Part shown: piece by piece, positions 1 to 12,011 of the stretch
Layout of the letters: each line of letters begins with the position of its first letter
Position numbering within the stretch: position 1 is the first letter of the stretch
Origin: Vezdaea acicularis
Lineage: Eukaryota
Length of the DNA: 46,946 bases
Direction: 5' to 3'
NCBI GenBank assembly: GCA_026025075.1
Contig: JAPEUI010000011.1
Span: forward strand, 186,001-232,946
The notes under the pieces: generated by a model
Seen by the model: only the letters and a program-made list of their open reading frames with translations
Told to the model about the DNA's origin: nothing
Databases searched by the model: none
Program-made: the position numbers and the translations under genes

Positions 1-926
1 TTTCAGGCAATCCCGCACAATCAGGAGTTCGGCTTCTGTGCATAGAGCAATACTGGACGATATGTATCACTGTGTGCACTGGGAGAAAGGGTGCAAGAAG
101 CTGTATGAGGCTAAAGGATAGAAGATCAGATGGGCAAAAACACTCTACGTTACAGTAATCCACTGGCATTGTGATGGTCTAGTGATTTAGCCACGGATAT
201 GGGTATCGTGTTTACATTGGATCCCCTCCCTTTTCACTGCCGCAGAGCGAAGCTTGAACTGCCTACAACACGTGGGATTGGATCAAAAGCACCAAAGACA
301 TAAGTGATCGGTCCCTGGGAGACCTAAGAGCAGCCAGCGCGTAAAAAAATAGTTTACGATCAGATCAACTGGCGCACAAAACGACGCTATGCGAGCATCT
401 TAGTAGGGTACTATGGGCTACGCAATACTCATGTCAAGAACCAACTTTGCACATTGGGGTCCCGCCCAGGCATATAGGAGGAGCGGTCCTGGGTCTTTGA
501 CCACACCAATGTCCGTTGCAGAGCATGCCCCACTCCGAGAGCCTTCTCCTACTAGCAACATGGCGAATTTGAGGGGATTGTGTGCGCTTGCTGGTACTGA
601 GCGGGTACGTTCGTGCCCCGTTCACCTTCGGCGGAATTGCTTGGGACCAAGTCGCGCAAGCCTACCCATCTTCACATTGCTGGGTGCAGGCGATTTCCAT
701 AATTACGAGCAGAAATCCGTTTGACAGTTCAATTACAGGCGCTTGATGCTGATTTCCGTTGCCTATACAAAGTCTCAAAGGACCCGGACTTACACGAAAG
801 ATTCAATCAATCTTTATCGTGGAGTTCATTCCTTTATAACCAGGCCACGCATCCTATTCGTTATTCTGTATTAATTGTGCTTTTCCTTTTTGGACCCTTA
901 CACTCCTTTTATAGCATTTAGCCAAT

Positions 927-2816
927 ATGCGACCAACTTTCGTGGCTGCAGCAGCCCTTTTTGCCGCAGTGCCGGGCTGGGCTAGCCCTACAGATCCGGC
1001 GGAGGCGTCGAGACTATGGGCGCGAGCCGATGCCAGCAGTAGCGCAACCGTATACTGTGTACGTTCTCCATGTTTGAAGAATATTCGAGATCCGAAGCTA
1101 GCATCCGGCTGCATCAAGTGCATCATGGCTGATACATCTGTGAAACTTAGTGTAACGCGCTTAAGGCCGCACTGGGAGATTTCAAGGTCTCGTATGAAGG
1201 GGCCAACAGCTACAATTCCTCTCTTCAGACGTATTGGGCCTTACAGCAAGTGGAGCTTAACCCGTACTGCATCGTCTCGCCAGAAACGCCGCAGGATGTC
1301 TCCAAGGCAATCGCAACGTTAACACAGGCGACATGGTACTCGGAGAAATTTGGCGAGTGTCAGTTTGCGGTTCGTGGAGCTGGCCATACACCATGGGCTG
1401 GAAGCTCAAATGTTCAAGATGGAATCACTATTGACCTTGGGGCTATGAAGAACGTAACGGTCAGCCCTGACCGCTCAATGGTCTCCATTGGGGGCGGAGC
1501 TCGCTGGATGGATGTGTATATGACGCTGGATGCTCAGAACTTGTCAACCTCGGGTGGTCGCGTTGCCGATGTAGGGGTTGGTGGTCTCACTCTTGGAGGT
1601 AGCTTATATCCCTTATTGCAGTATTGATACAATGAGGCTAATATTTGTTTCTGCAGGTGGAATGTCTTTCTTTGCTCCACGCTACGGATTTGTCTGTGAC
1701 AATGTCCTCAATTACGAGGTTAGTAGAGCTCATGGAGACTCAGTTTGACTGCTTCTTCTACTACAATGAGCATTGCTGACTTTAGTGAAGATTGTAACGT
1801 CAAACGGTACTCTGATTAACGCCAATGCTACCTCTTATCCAGATCTCTTTTGGGCGCTTAAAGGCGGATCAAATAACTTCGGCGTAGTCACTCGCTTTGA
1901 CATGAAAGCATTTGAACAGGGCAAGTTCTGGGGCGGTTTCATTGTTTATCCTGGCCAGTTGGCGCCGCAGTTGATCGAGGCATTTGTTGCATTCAATAAT
2001 GCCAGCGACTACGATCCATATGCCGCTTTGATCAACAGTTACGCGTACGAAGCCTCCCTTGGCGTATGGGTCGTCGCCAACAATGTTGAATATACAAAAC
2101 CCGAGGCATACCCTGCTACCTTCAAGCCTTTCACGGATATCAAGCCGCAGCTAGAAAACACCATGCGTATTTCCAATCTAACTGACTTTACCCTTGAGCT
2201 CGAAGCTTCTAATGCCTACGGCCGGCGTCAACTCTTCGCTACTTCTACCTATGGTAACGACATTACTCTCCTGAACGAGCTCTTCCAACTGGCCAACTCA
2301 ACAGTTCTTGATATCAAGAATGCTACTGATCTGGTCTTCTCCATGACTTTCCAAGCCATACCTAGTGTCATTACCAGCAAGTCTGCTCAAACCGGCGGTA
2401 ATGCACTTGGGATGGATGGCAGCAAGAATCGAGTCCTCACTCTCATTACAATCAGCTGGGTCAATGCCGACGACGATGCGCGGATAAACGCTGCTGCCAA
2501 GAATTTCTTCGGCAAGGCTGATGCTGCAGCGGTACCAAAGGGCCTCAAAGAAGACTGGATCTACTTGAATTATGCCGCCCAGTGGCAAGATCCGATCGGA
2601 AGTTATGGTCCGGAAAACGTTGCGAAGCTCCAGAACATCAGCAAAGTATACGATCCAAGTGGGGTCTTCCAGACCCAAGTCACGGGTGGCTACAAGCTGT
2701 TCAACTCCCAGGGGACTGTAAGTGGGAACTATAGCACCACGGCCAATAATACCCTCTTACTAGGCGGCGGCGGCGCCGTCGGTGGTAACGTAAGCACTTA
2801 CGACTCATCCACATAG
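927..2816 (+). CDS. Secreted FAD-linked oxidoreductase (VAO/BBE-like, FAD_binding_4), ~555 aa; exons 927-1058, 1151-1598, 1657-1718, 1791-2816
   Basis: Signal-peptide-like N-terminus (MRPTFVAAAALFAAVPGWA). FAVRGAGH (covalent-FAD His motif), GGRVADVGVGGLTLGGG, DLFWALKGGSNNFGVVTRF, and C-terminal YLNYA...YDPSGVFQ. Three GT-AG introns with branch sites join the ORF pieces in frame (1668 nt). Confidence 0.93.
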
Positions 2817-4251
2817 GTATAGAGGAGTCTTCTGCATTTTCGGTGGGCCATAACGAGGTGTTGGTTGTTATTGGAATATCGCATAGTCCGGTGGAACGGG
2901 GCGCAAAAAGGGGGCAGTTTGCAGGGCTACACCTACGTTAGGGGCCCCTTTAAGTATAAATTTATTTACCTTATTGTTCATATCTCAAGGGACTGGCTTT
3001 AGATGACCGAATTAGAGTTCACTTTTGAAGTATCGCAAAAACAAAAATAAAACTTCTTGTAAACCGCTCTTATCATACAATTTTGAGAGTACCTTATTTA
3101 ACGCCCCGAGTTCCTTACCATGCAGAGTAGAGAAAGCCACTTTATCTGCCTTGCGACGCAACACTTCCTCCCTGACTACGTCCCACCCTCATATTAGCCC
3201 TGACTCTCTCCGCCAGCGCATCCTTTCCCATATGTTCACTGGGAAATAGACTTCGCTATTCGTTCAAGAAAAGATCTAATCAGTGCGAGTTCTCTAGACT
3301 ACTTCTTCAAGTCCACGAGCTAGGGAAAAAGGAAGTTCGAACCGCTTTCAGCCAAGACGTCAACTCCTCGATGGGCCAATTAGCAGGATCGTCGTTGCGT
3401 GTTGACGGGGCGGTACTAGGGAACATATCAGGGCCCCAGATCGAATAGGCAGCTGCAGCAGTCACTATCCCCGCAAAGCCTAGAAAGGCGTTCTAACTAC
3501 GTCAGTACCGTTTATTAAAAGAGAACTGCTGGAAAGTACCCGCGATTGGAAAGCTCTGTCGAGCGGAGTGGGCATGCTGAGCTTCCCGCGCAAATAGAAC
3601 AGAGTAATAAGAGGTTCGGACGTTGGATTAAAGCACTACCAGATAGGTCACAGGTTTTGTCGTGCATGTCATGCTCTGCCCCTCATCGCGGACGCGAAAA
3701 GCAGATATAGTGGTGCCTCCGCCGCAACGCCACGGTGGCTCTCGCTTGCATTCTCTCAGCCTTGCGGTTCTGCGATCGATTTGACATAAGACTGAAGACT
3801 GACATGAACTATCATTTGATTTGAGGGCGATCTCATTGCCTATTTACCACTCCCAACCTGGGAAGGAATAGAAGTGAGACGCAAAAGCACACTATTATCT
3901 TGAAAAACATGATGGATGTAGCCAAGACTCAGCTTTATACCTGTAATGATGTGGAGGATCTAGAGTTCTGTGGTCTACATGACATGGCGCTAAAGAAACT
4001 TCTTACACTTTACGGAGCTTTACACATAAAGTCAGGATAGTTTTCAGTGCGCCCAGAAAAACCGCGACGAAAGGGCGCGTCCGAATGGGCGAGCGAGCTT
4101 AACATAAATTTACGCGGGCTGGATCGCAAGCCTTGGCCCTCGCTTGCCCTAGAATTTTGCCCACAAAGGCAATATCCCAAGGTCGAGTTTCGAGGAAGCT
4201 CATAATACGATCAGCAGGTTGGACAAGACCACCACATCCCAATTGCCCATT

Positions 4252-4677
4252 ATGCCTTCTGAGGTCACCGAAATCAAGCACTTCCTCGAGATCTGTCGGC
4301 GGAAAGATGCCAAGTGTAAGTCACTGCTACTCTACCCGAGTGCCTATCTACGGCTTTAGAAGTAGTGCGATACTGGTAGGGTGCAAGAGACATTGAGCTG
4401 ACTGGGACCTTTTTATACAGCGGCACGAGTCAAGCGCAATCCTCGCAACAAACAAATCAAATTCAAAGTCCGCTGCAGCCGCTTACTGTACACACTGGTC
4501 CTCAAGGATGCCGAGAAAGCCGAGAAGCTGAAGCAGAGTTTACCACCTGGTATGTCGACAAACGGGATCTATATCGACTCGTTCTGCAAAGTAATGGCGC
4601 TAATATGTATGGAAATGGCAGGTCTAACTATCACCGATGTGCCGAAAAAGAATGCGAAGGGCAAGCGGATTGCATAA
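4252..4677 (+). CDS. RPL38: 60S ribosomal protein L38 (eL38), 82 aa; exons 4252-4315, 4421-4549, 4622-4677
   Basis: Spliced translation [82 protein letters not shown]. Canonical GTAAGT/GTATGT donors, CTGAC/CTAAT branches, CAG acceptors. Absent from the ORF track. Confidence 0.97.
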
Positions 4678-4856
4678 GTTGAAGGCGGGCAGGCGTCAGA
4701 TTGGAGGGATCGGCTCAACATGGCATCATTTCATTTCATAGCAGCCCTGGTAGCTCAGCTATGTACTCTAAGATTTGCTTCGCTATCTCAGACAAGCAGC
4801 TTCAATAGACATTAACAGAATGCACCGTACCCGATTCAACACGCCAGAAAACAACC

Positions 4857-5686
4857 TTACTCATAACCCACCGTCTTATAGCCTTTTATCCCATATGTCT
4901 CGAGTAAGGAACATGTCAACCCCCTTGACAAGCTTTCAAGTCGCATCTCCACCTCTCCAAAGTAATTTGGCTCCTCAGCTATCTTGACAAAGCCAACGCT
5001 TTGGAAGAGCTTCAAGCTTCGGAAGTTCTCCTGGCCGATCTTTACTCGTAGATACCTAAACCTTCTAGGGATTTCCCTTTCGAAGCTTGAACTGTATTCC
5101 GCCAGGATTCTCTCTTCATGCTCCGCGATATAGTGCAGGAAAACAAGCAGTGACGCTTTTCCAAGCCCTTGACCTTGCTTGGCCTTTTGAGCTACCATAA
5201 GCTCAACTTCACCGATGACGTTCTCCCTCTCGAGGTCCGCATGCGCCTTTTCCTCTTCATTGGTCTCGATCTCTTCTGTAGTCACAAACAGGTTCACGTC
5301 TCCTACCATCTTCTCCCCACCATCATGTCTTTCCGGAGATATCGCATCCAGATCTTCCAAGTTTATGTTTGCGGCTGGCAAACAAGATATGAAAGTCAAC
5401 TTATCGACATCATTTCTCCAACTCCTTTGCATATCATATTCTTCCTCGAGTGACAGGGGTTCGGATGCTGTTGCTGTGCGTAAATCCTGCACATCGGGTT
5501 CAGATTTACAAATCTCACTAAATTTGCGAGCTTACCGGGTCTTGCATCCAGCCATGATATGTTGGGACGTGGTGAACCCAATAAGGGACCAGGAGGACCT
5601 TTGAAGTTACAATAGCTACGGAAATTAGCTTACCCTGCGTGAAGGAAACTAAGAGCATGTGTACCAGTATTTTCATTAATGAGCAT
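4857..5686 (-). CDS. NAT9-like GNAT N-acetyltransferase, ~243 aa; exons 5686-5665, 5615-5536, 5486-4857
   Basis: MLINENTAIVTSKVLLVPY..HHVPTYHGWMQDP, TASEPLSLEEEYDMQRSWRNDVDKLTFI, MVGDVNLF, GEVELMVA, QGQGLG (acetyl-CoA motif A), NYFGEVEM are NAT9-family hallmarks. Two 49-nt introns keep the frame. Confidence 0.92.
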
Positions 5687-5887
5687 ATTGGAACATGTTC
5701 TTGTGATCTTTTGTCGGTCCGAAAAATTTTGCCGCTCCTTACCTCAGGTATTTGACATTGAAATTCCAAGAATAGCCAAACCTGAAGACATATGCTCGCA
5801 AAGAGGTATATCGCAGTGCTAAGCTTATCGCAGGGTTCCCTTTCACTAGTGTCTTAAAGGTTCGCAGTAGGTTAAAAGCTTGGTGCA

Positions 5888-7569
5888 CTATGTATTCGTG
5901 CCATTGAAGATTTCAAACTGCACTATCTCTACTTCCAGTGTTTCTGAGTCCAGCAAAATCAGTTCGCCAGTCGCTGAGAATGCTGGTACCGCAATAAGTC
6001 GCACCCGCTGATTGCTTGGACCCTGGATAACAACTGTGTCAAACTTCGGTTGATTTCCAACGATGAAAACATGCGGACATTCCTCTATAACAAATGCATC
6101 TCGATCTTGAAAGGGGTAACACCCTAAGAGCCTAGATTAGTTCGCGTCCTTCTCTGCAGGGGTGGAAGAGAACATACATAGCGTATCTGGCGCTGTTGGA
6201 GCACAACATCGCCATCTCAACATCCTCTCCATCATCTCAAGTCTATCTTCTTCTTCTACATACTTGAATATATCATCTACTGGCTGTCCCCCCGTTGCTA
6301 GAATCCGCCAGCCTTCCACATCTCCTTGCCAAGGGTTCGTCACGGAGTCAAACCAACCGGCCTCATCCTTTGAAGATGGTGGGGCAGCATAAGCCCGTGA
6401 ATGAGGAAACAAGGCTGTATGTAGAGGTTGCTGTGGAAGACTAACATTCGCGGGGTCTGTCGGACCGGGAAGGAGCGTGATTGGAAGAGAAGGCAGAAGT
6501 GTGGCGAGTAGTTCGTCAAGATTAGCAGATGGTGCTGGGTTGTAGGCAGAGGAGTCGTAGCCATATTTTCTGCCTGCTTTTTTTCCAGCTACGTCTTCAT
6601 GTGCGGGTAATGGTGAAGATTCAGCAAGAGAGTTACCAGCAAGAATCAATCGAGAGATCTGTGCAGCCGAGGCTTGGACTGAAGGTGTAAGTGCCTCGCC
6701 GAGCAGGAATTCTGTGAGGAGGTTATGATTAAGAACATCAGCAGCAGTCCCACTTATGTTCAGACCGCTTGCAATGGCAATTTTCCTCCTAGTACCTGCT
6801 CCCAGATCTGCAGAAGCTCCACCAGACCAACGAGCAGGCTGAGGAGCTAGATCAGGCAATCTGATGTCGATTACTTCAAATTCACCGTTTGCGTTCTCTG
6901 TTCCCATCACAGCAATAATACACCCGGTCACTAACATGTCAACTTGAAGCGGAGAGCCAATCAAGCGTAGTCGACCAGACTCGTCCTCAAGCATGACTTT
7001 GTCTTCCCCACTGGCGGAAGTGTACTTTTTACGTGGTGGAGGGGCAGATATCCAATACTTTGTACAAATCAGCCTATGTCATACACTAGCTCAGATCATA
7101 TATCCTACATCTTTTGAAATATCGTCAAGAATATTAGGTTTCAAAGGCATATCCATGTAGACTGTACCAGCAACCCAGCAGAGTTCACCCTGCCGGACAT
7201 CAAGGACTCGCTCTACTCTTCGTACACTTTCTCCAGCTATCTTAGGGTCGTCAGCATCTGCAATATAAGGGCGTTATGTTGGACCCGTACTTCTATGTCA
7301 CTCCAAGCCTCCGTAGCCATCTCCTCAACAGCGGGCTTCAACTTAGCCAATCTTAGAAAATACATATCGCCATATTGTTGCTGGTAATGCTTCTCCTCTT
7401 CAAGGCGGAAGCTATGCAGCGGAGTGTAAGCTGACGAAACCCGATCTATCTGCGGGTAATCGCGGTCTCTATGGAAAGCAATTAGTCTCATGCATTAACA
7501 TTGGTCTGAGACTGCGATCCCGGAAGCGCGGACTGACTTTGGCAGATGGAGGAGGCTTCCCATGGTCAT
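5888..7569 (-). CDS. POL31: DNA polymerase delta small (B) subunit (POLD2/Pol31/S. pombe Cdc1), ~485 aa; exons 7569-7538, 7468-7291, 7240-7109, 7057-6178, 6123-5888 (alternative ATG 7563)
   Basis: [97 protein letters not shown]. Four GT-AG introns give a 1458-nt in-frame CDS. Confidence 0.96.
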
Positions 7570-7649
7570 GAAAATGGTGATCGTCAGGTGTTAGACGTCG
7601 GCATGATAGTAGACAGTTTTTCATTTTACAGTCTGCTGTTCCTCGGGAA

Positions 7650-7693
7650 ACGCGATTCCTGCGGGCACTTTACGCGAGGGCATGGACACGCGT
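7650..7693. promoter_or_regulatory. Cluster of MCB-like (MBF) elements upstream of POL31
   Basis: ACGCGA 7650-7655, ACGCGA 7672-7677, ACGCGT 7688-7693, lying 81-124 nt upstream of the POL31 ATG. MCB elements are the established G1/S control of fungal DNA-replication genes. Confidence 0.65.
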
Positions 7694-8297
7694 TAGTCAA
7701 AACGCCGACGAAGCATCCTCTTTCATCCCCAGCTTCATGCAATGACGCTTGATTCTAGCTTGGAAGTCGCCAGCAGGTCAATAAGCCCTGTAGAGGTTAA
7801 GATCGTAAAAGTAAAATGCAAGTCTGACTAGCCTTCGAGACCTGTAGACATAACCTAAAATAGCATCGTTAAAATGCTCCTGCACGCTAGCTACAACGCT
7901 ATTCCTGAAGAGCATGCGGCTGAGGGAAACGGCAGGCAGGGTAAAGTTCGTACGCCATCCGTCTGTCGCAAGTGCACACCTCCCTATGGATGACCGGCAA
8001 GAAAACAACGGGTTGATAAACATTTGCTATGAATTGCAGCGCTCAACCTTCATAATCTGATACATCTCAACGTGGCGTGAACCCTGCTTGAGCACTTCTT
8101 CAGGGCTCGGTGTAACTATTGGTGCCAACAAAATCTGTTATCGCGTGCAACCAACGCCGACCAGAAATTACAGGCCTATCCTCTGTCCCATCAGCGACGA
8201 CGCCTTGCGCAGTCTAGGATACTTGCAAAATATCTCAAGCTCACCTTCCCCACTACCTAGTTGGGTGTCAATTGTGTAGGCCTGCGGCCCCTTCAAA

Positions 8298-11081
8298 ATG
8301 CCTGGATTCGCGACTTCATTTTGGTCGAGCGACTACGCAGGAGGTGAGCTATCTAGTGCTGATATATGCCTGCTTGAACGTCTTTCATACAGTATATCCT
8401 AACAAACAGTTTTCTCGAGCAGGCCTTGGTGTACTCTTTGGGAAGCTACAACAAGGTGTAGTTGAGAATCAGCAGATCCTAACCATCGCGAGGATGCGGG
8501 CAGACGCGGAAGAGAGCTATGGCTTCAGGTTGACAGATATCACACCGGCAGTTGATAGGATGGCTGGGGGCTTTTCAAGAGATGATGGAGCAAGCGTTCG
8601 GAAGGTATTAAAGCTGGAATGCGCCCCGGTAAGATTCTTGCTTACTGGGAAATATAGGCGTACGAGGGAGTCCGGACAGAAATGCAGGAAGCGGGAAAGA
8701 AACATCAAAAAATCGGGTCCAACATCCGGGAACTCGTCGTGCGACCATTTGGCCGATGGTGTGAAGCTCATGAGGCACGAATTACCAGTTCCCATGACGA
8801 TCTTCAAGCTCGAATTAAGACGCATGATAGACAAGCAGAGGTTGTTCGAAAGCTAAGAGATAACTATTTCACCAAGTGCCGCCTAGTAGAAGATTTGGAA
8901 GAGGAGAATAAGCTCGCGTTCCAGGATCCGGAAAGCGAAGGCAGCCCGAAACCCAAGGATATCCCTCAGGTTAAACTACCAGTGCCCGAAGACCCGGAAG
9001 AAGAGGAGGCTGTTGACATTGGCGACCAAACCTTCCAACCAGAGGAGATCAAGAAAGTTTTGGCACACGCGCTCAATAATATCAAGCTGGGTGACGTCAA
9101 AGTACCAATCCTTGGCACATACCAGAACGTCTCAACAGGAGCGGACATAGTCGAGTATCTACAAAAGCATATGGGAGCTACAAGCGTGAGCATGGCTGAG
9201 AGAATAGGGCAAGACCTCGTCAACAATGGCTTTCTAAGACTTGTGGGCAACGTTGGCTCTACGTTCGCAAATAGTTCAAAGATGCATTACCAATGGCGGC
9301 CCAAAGTCTTCCAGATGACCGGTATTCCGGACAAGGCGAAGCCCTTGAACCGCACATTCTCTCTGGCGCAAAATATTGAAGCTTCCCCAGATTCTCCTTT
9401 AGGCGGCGTATCCGAAATACTCGCTGGATGGAACCCTCTTAACAACCCGTACCCTAATGAAACACCCGCGGAGAAGTTGCGACGTGAAGCCGCAGAGGCA
9501 GATGAGAAGTATAAAGTTGGTGTCCGCAAGCTCGATATGCTGCGATGCAACCTCGAGGAGGCAATGATGGATCATATGAGTTTCATGGAACGCTGTGAGC
9601 TTGATCGCCTGAAGGCCATCAAAGCGGTTATCCTGGACTTTTCTGGTGCAATCAGCAACGTGATACCTAGCCTGCAAAGTACCGTGGACAACATGATGCT
9701 ATTTCAAGAAACAGTGCAACCAGCAGGCGATCTAAGGTATCTTTTAGAGAACTACAGGACTGGCGAGTTCGTACCTCGTCCTAAGATTTACGATAATTAC
9801 TATAGCTCTGTGGATGGTGAGTGTCCTGATTTCGGCCTGTATCTTTTCTTTGGACTCGTAGCTGACAAGTTCTAGAACAAACGTTTGGTGTGGACCTAGA
9901 AGCCCGTGCTCGAGCCGACCGGAAAAGAGTCCCTATCATCATCACGACAATTTTGACTTTCCTTGACAATCGTATGTCTGGATTCTTAGAGCTGCTGTGT
10001 ATCATGCTAATATACGGCAGACTATCCGGACCTCGAAGGTGACAAGGCTCGAAGAGATATCTGGTTAGTGGATGTACCGCTAGCAACAACCCACGCTCTT
10101 CGAAATGCAATCAATACCGGCAAGTCAATACCACGGGAAGTACTAGAGCAGTTTGATATTCCTGTCGTGGCTAGTGTCCTTAAACTCTATCTCCTAGAGC
10201 TTCCAGGTAAGTACACTCTCTTAGCTTGTAATGAACAGCGTTAATAGAGTCAAGATTCCCTGGTCTCCTCCACCGTCTACGAAATTATCAAAACCATCTA
10301 TACAACGCACGCAAGTGAGTCGTCGGACTCGACAAGGATCAACATAATACAGAACACGCTTGGCAAACTCCGCCTCGCTAATATCGCAACACTTGATGCT
10401 ATTACCACTCACTTTACCCGTTTGATCGAACTTACTTCGGCTGAGGAAGATTTCGTGAACGAGCTAGCCCATAACATTGCACCTTGTATCCTGCGTCCTT
10501 CGACCAAGAGCAGCTTGAGCATGGACGAACGATTCAATTATCGCCTCGTGCGGGATCTATTCGCACATAAGGAGGCTATCTTTGGCGAATTGAAGCGTGC
10601 TAGCACCCTTTCACACTCGGGTTCTGCTGCTGGGCGGTCTCGTGCTATTAGCACCGACGAAAGTAAGCGGCGCGAACATATGGAGGCTAGGAACCAAGCC
10701 ATTGCAAGTCGGAGTCGAGCCAGCAGCCCAGCGCCTAGTCCAGCACGAGGCCATCGTCGTGACCGATCGAGTGGAGGTCCCGCAACGCGTTTCCCAGTTG
10801 CGACTCACACAAGCCCAACGACTGCCACGGATAGGCACAGCGTTCGACAGAGTCTTGATGTCCCTGGAGGCAAGGAGAGCTCATCCAGCGCGACCTCAAA
10901 GGAGACGGAAGTAAATGGAGGCATGAGCGGTGCTGGTCCGAGCGATACGCCACTCCCACCAAGGCCCAATGTAGGTCGGGTGAGGAAGCAAGCGAGTCTT
11001 GGAAAGAATGTATTGGGTACGGAACCGGAGGTTGAACGTTATGTTGGAGTTGAACTTGTCGATAAACCCATGGACGACTGA
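8298..11081 (+). CDS. RGD2: FCH/F-BAR + DEP + RhoGAP protein (Rgd2/Rga8 family), ~831 aa; exons 8298-8343, 8423-8604, 8658-9816, 9876-9971, 10021-10206, 10255-11081
   Basis: MPGFATSFWSSDYAGGLGVLFGKLQQG (FCH start). DEP-like block VPILGTYQNVSTGADIVEYL...AERIGQDLVNNGFLRLVGNVG. RhoGAP FGVDLE...VPIII...VASVLKLYLLELPDSLV...APCILRP. Five introns, 2496 nt in frame. Confidence 0.92.
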
Positions 11082-12011
11082 GAAGAGGTTGAGCATGTAT
11101 CTGTACGGTTGATGATGAATGGCAAAGGGGGATAGGGGTAGATCGGACGTTATGCACAATGGCTCCGTCCCGCGCGACTCAACCCCCTGTATTGTCACTC
11201 CACAAACTGAGCGCTTTCTTCGATGAAAACAAGTTAGTTCGTCGAGTATGGACCTGCAAATCCTTGTGCGATGTGATCATGATTCATGGCAAGACATCTC
11301 TCCGCATCTTAGGGACTGAATCTTGCAATCTAGCCGCGTAACAGGCCAAAAAGGGGAGAGCGGCACCACGGAACTTTTTCCTCCGACATGACTCACTTGG
11401 CGCTAGTAAAACCACGCACAAAATGCTGCATGAAACGGAGTGATTGAGAAGAGAGTTTCCCAGTGTCATTTCTTTCTTCATTTCGCAACGTTTCCGGGCG
11501 TCGCATGTATCATTTGGAACCGTCCATCCCATGAGAAGTCGTGCCTAACATGGGCAGGTTGCCTCCATCGAAGATTATCGTCACCCCCGGTGCATGGTCG
11601 AAAATGTAATGAGATCAGCGCTGAGCGAGGTGCCGCTGGATGGCTGGATCTAGATGGATGCTGCCAAGGGTGCTTGAGTCGGTTAAGGCTCGCTCTGCCG
11701 AGACAGTTCTCGGATCGCTTGCAACCGGCGGTTGTGCACGTTTGGTCCCGGACTCGCTGTCCATGAGAGGCTAAAGCACCCCTGCGCTTGGTACCTCTCG
11801 CGACATGGGCCGGACGAAAATCCATCCGCGCTTTACGTTTATATGACTGGGATACAACATCCCGCTTCCTCTTCTTCTCTTGCTCTATTCAAGAAAAATT
11901 GTCACAATTCCCTTCCCTTCTCTCCTTGCGAGTTAGGACCTTTACACTTTCTTTGTCTCTTTTCCCTTCTCCAGAACACTTCTCTCATTACGCAGACCGA
12001 TTCTCATCATC

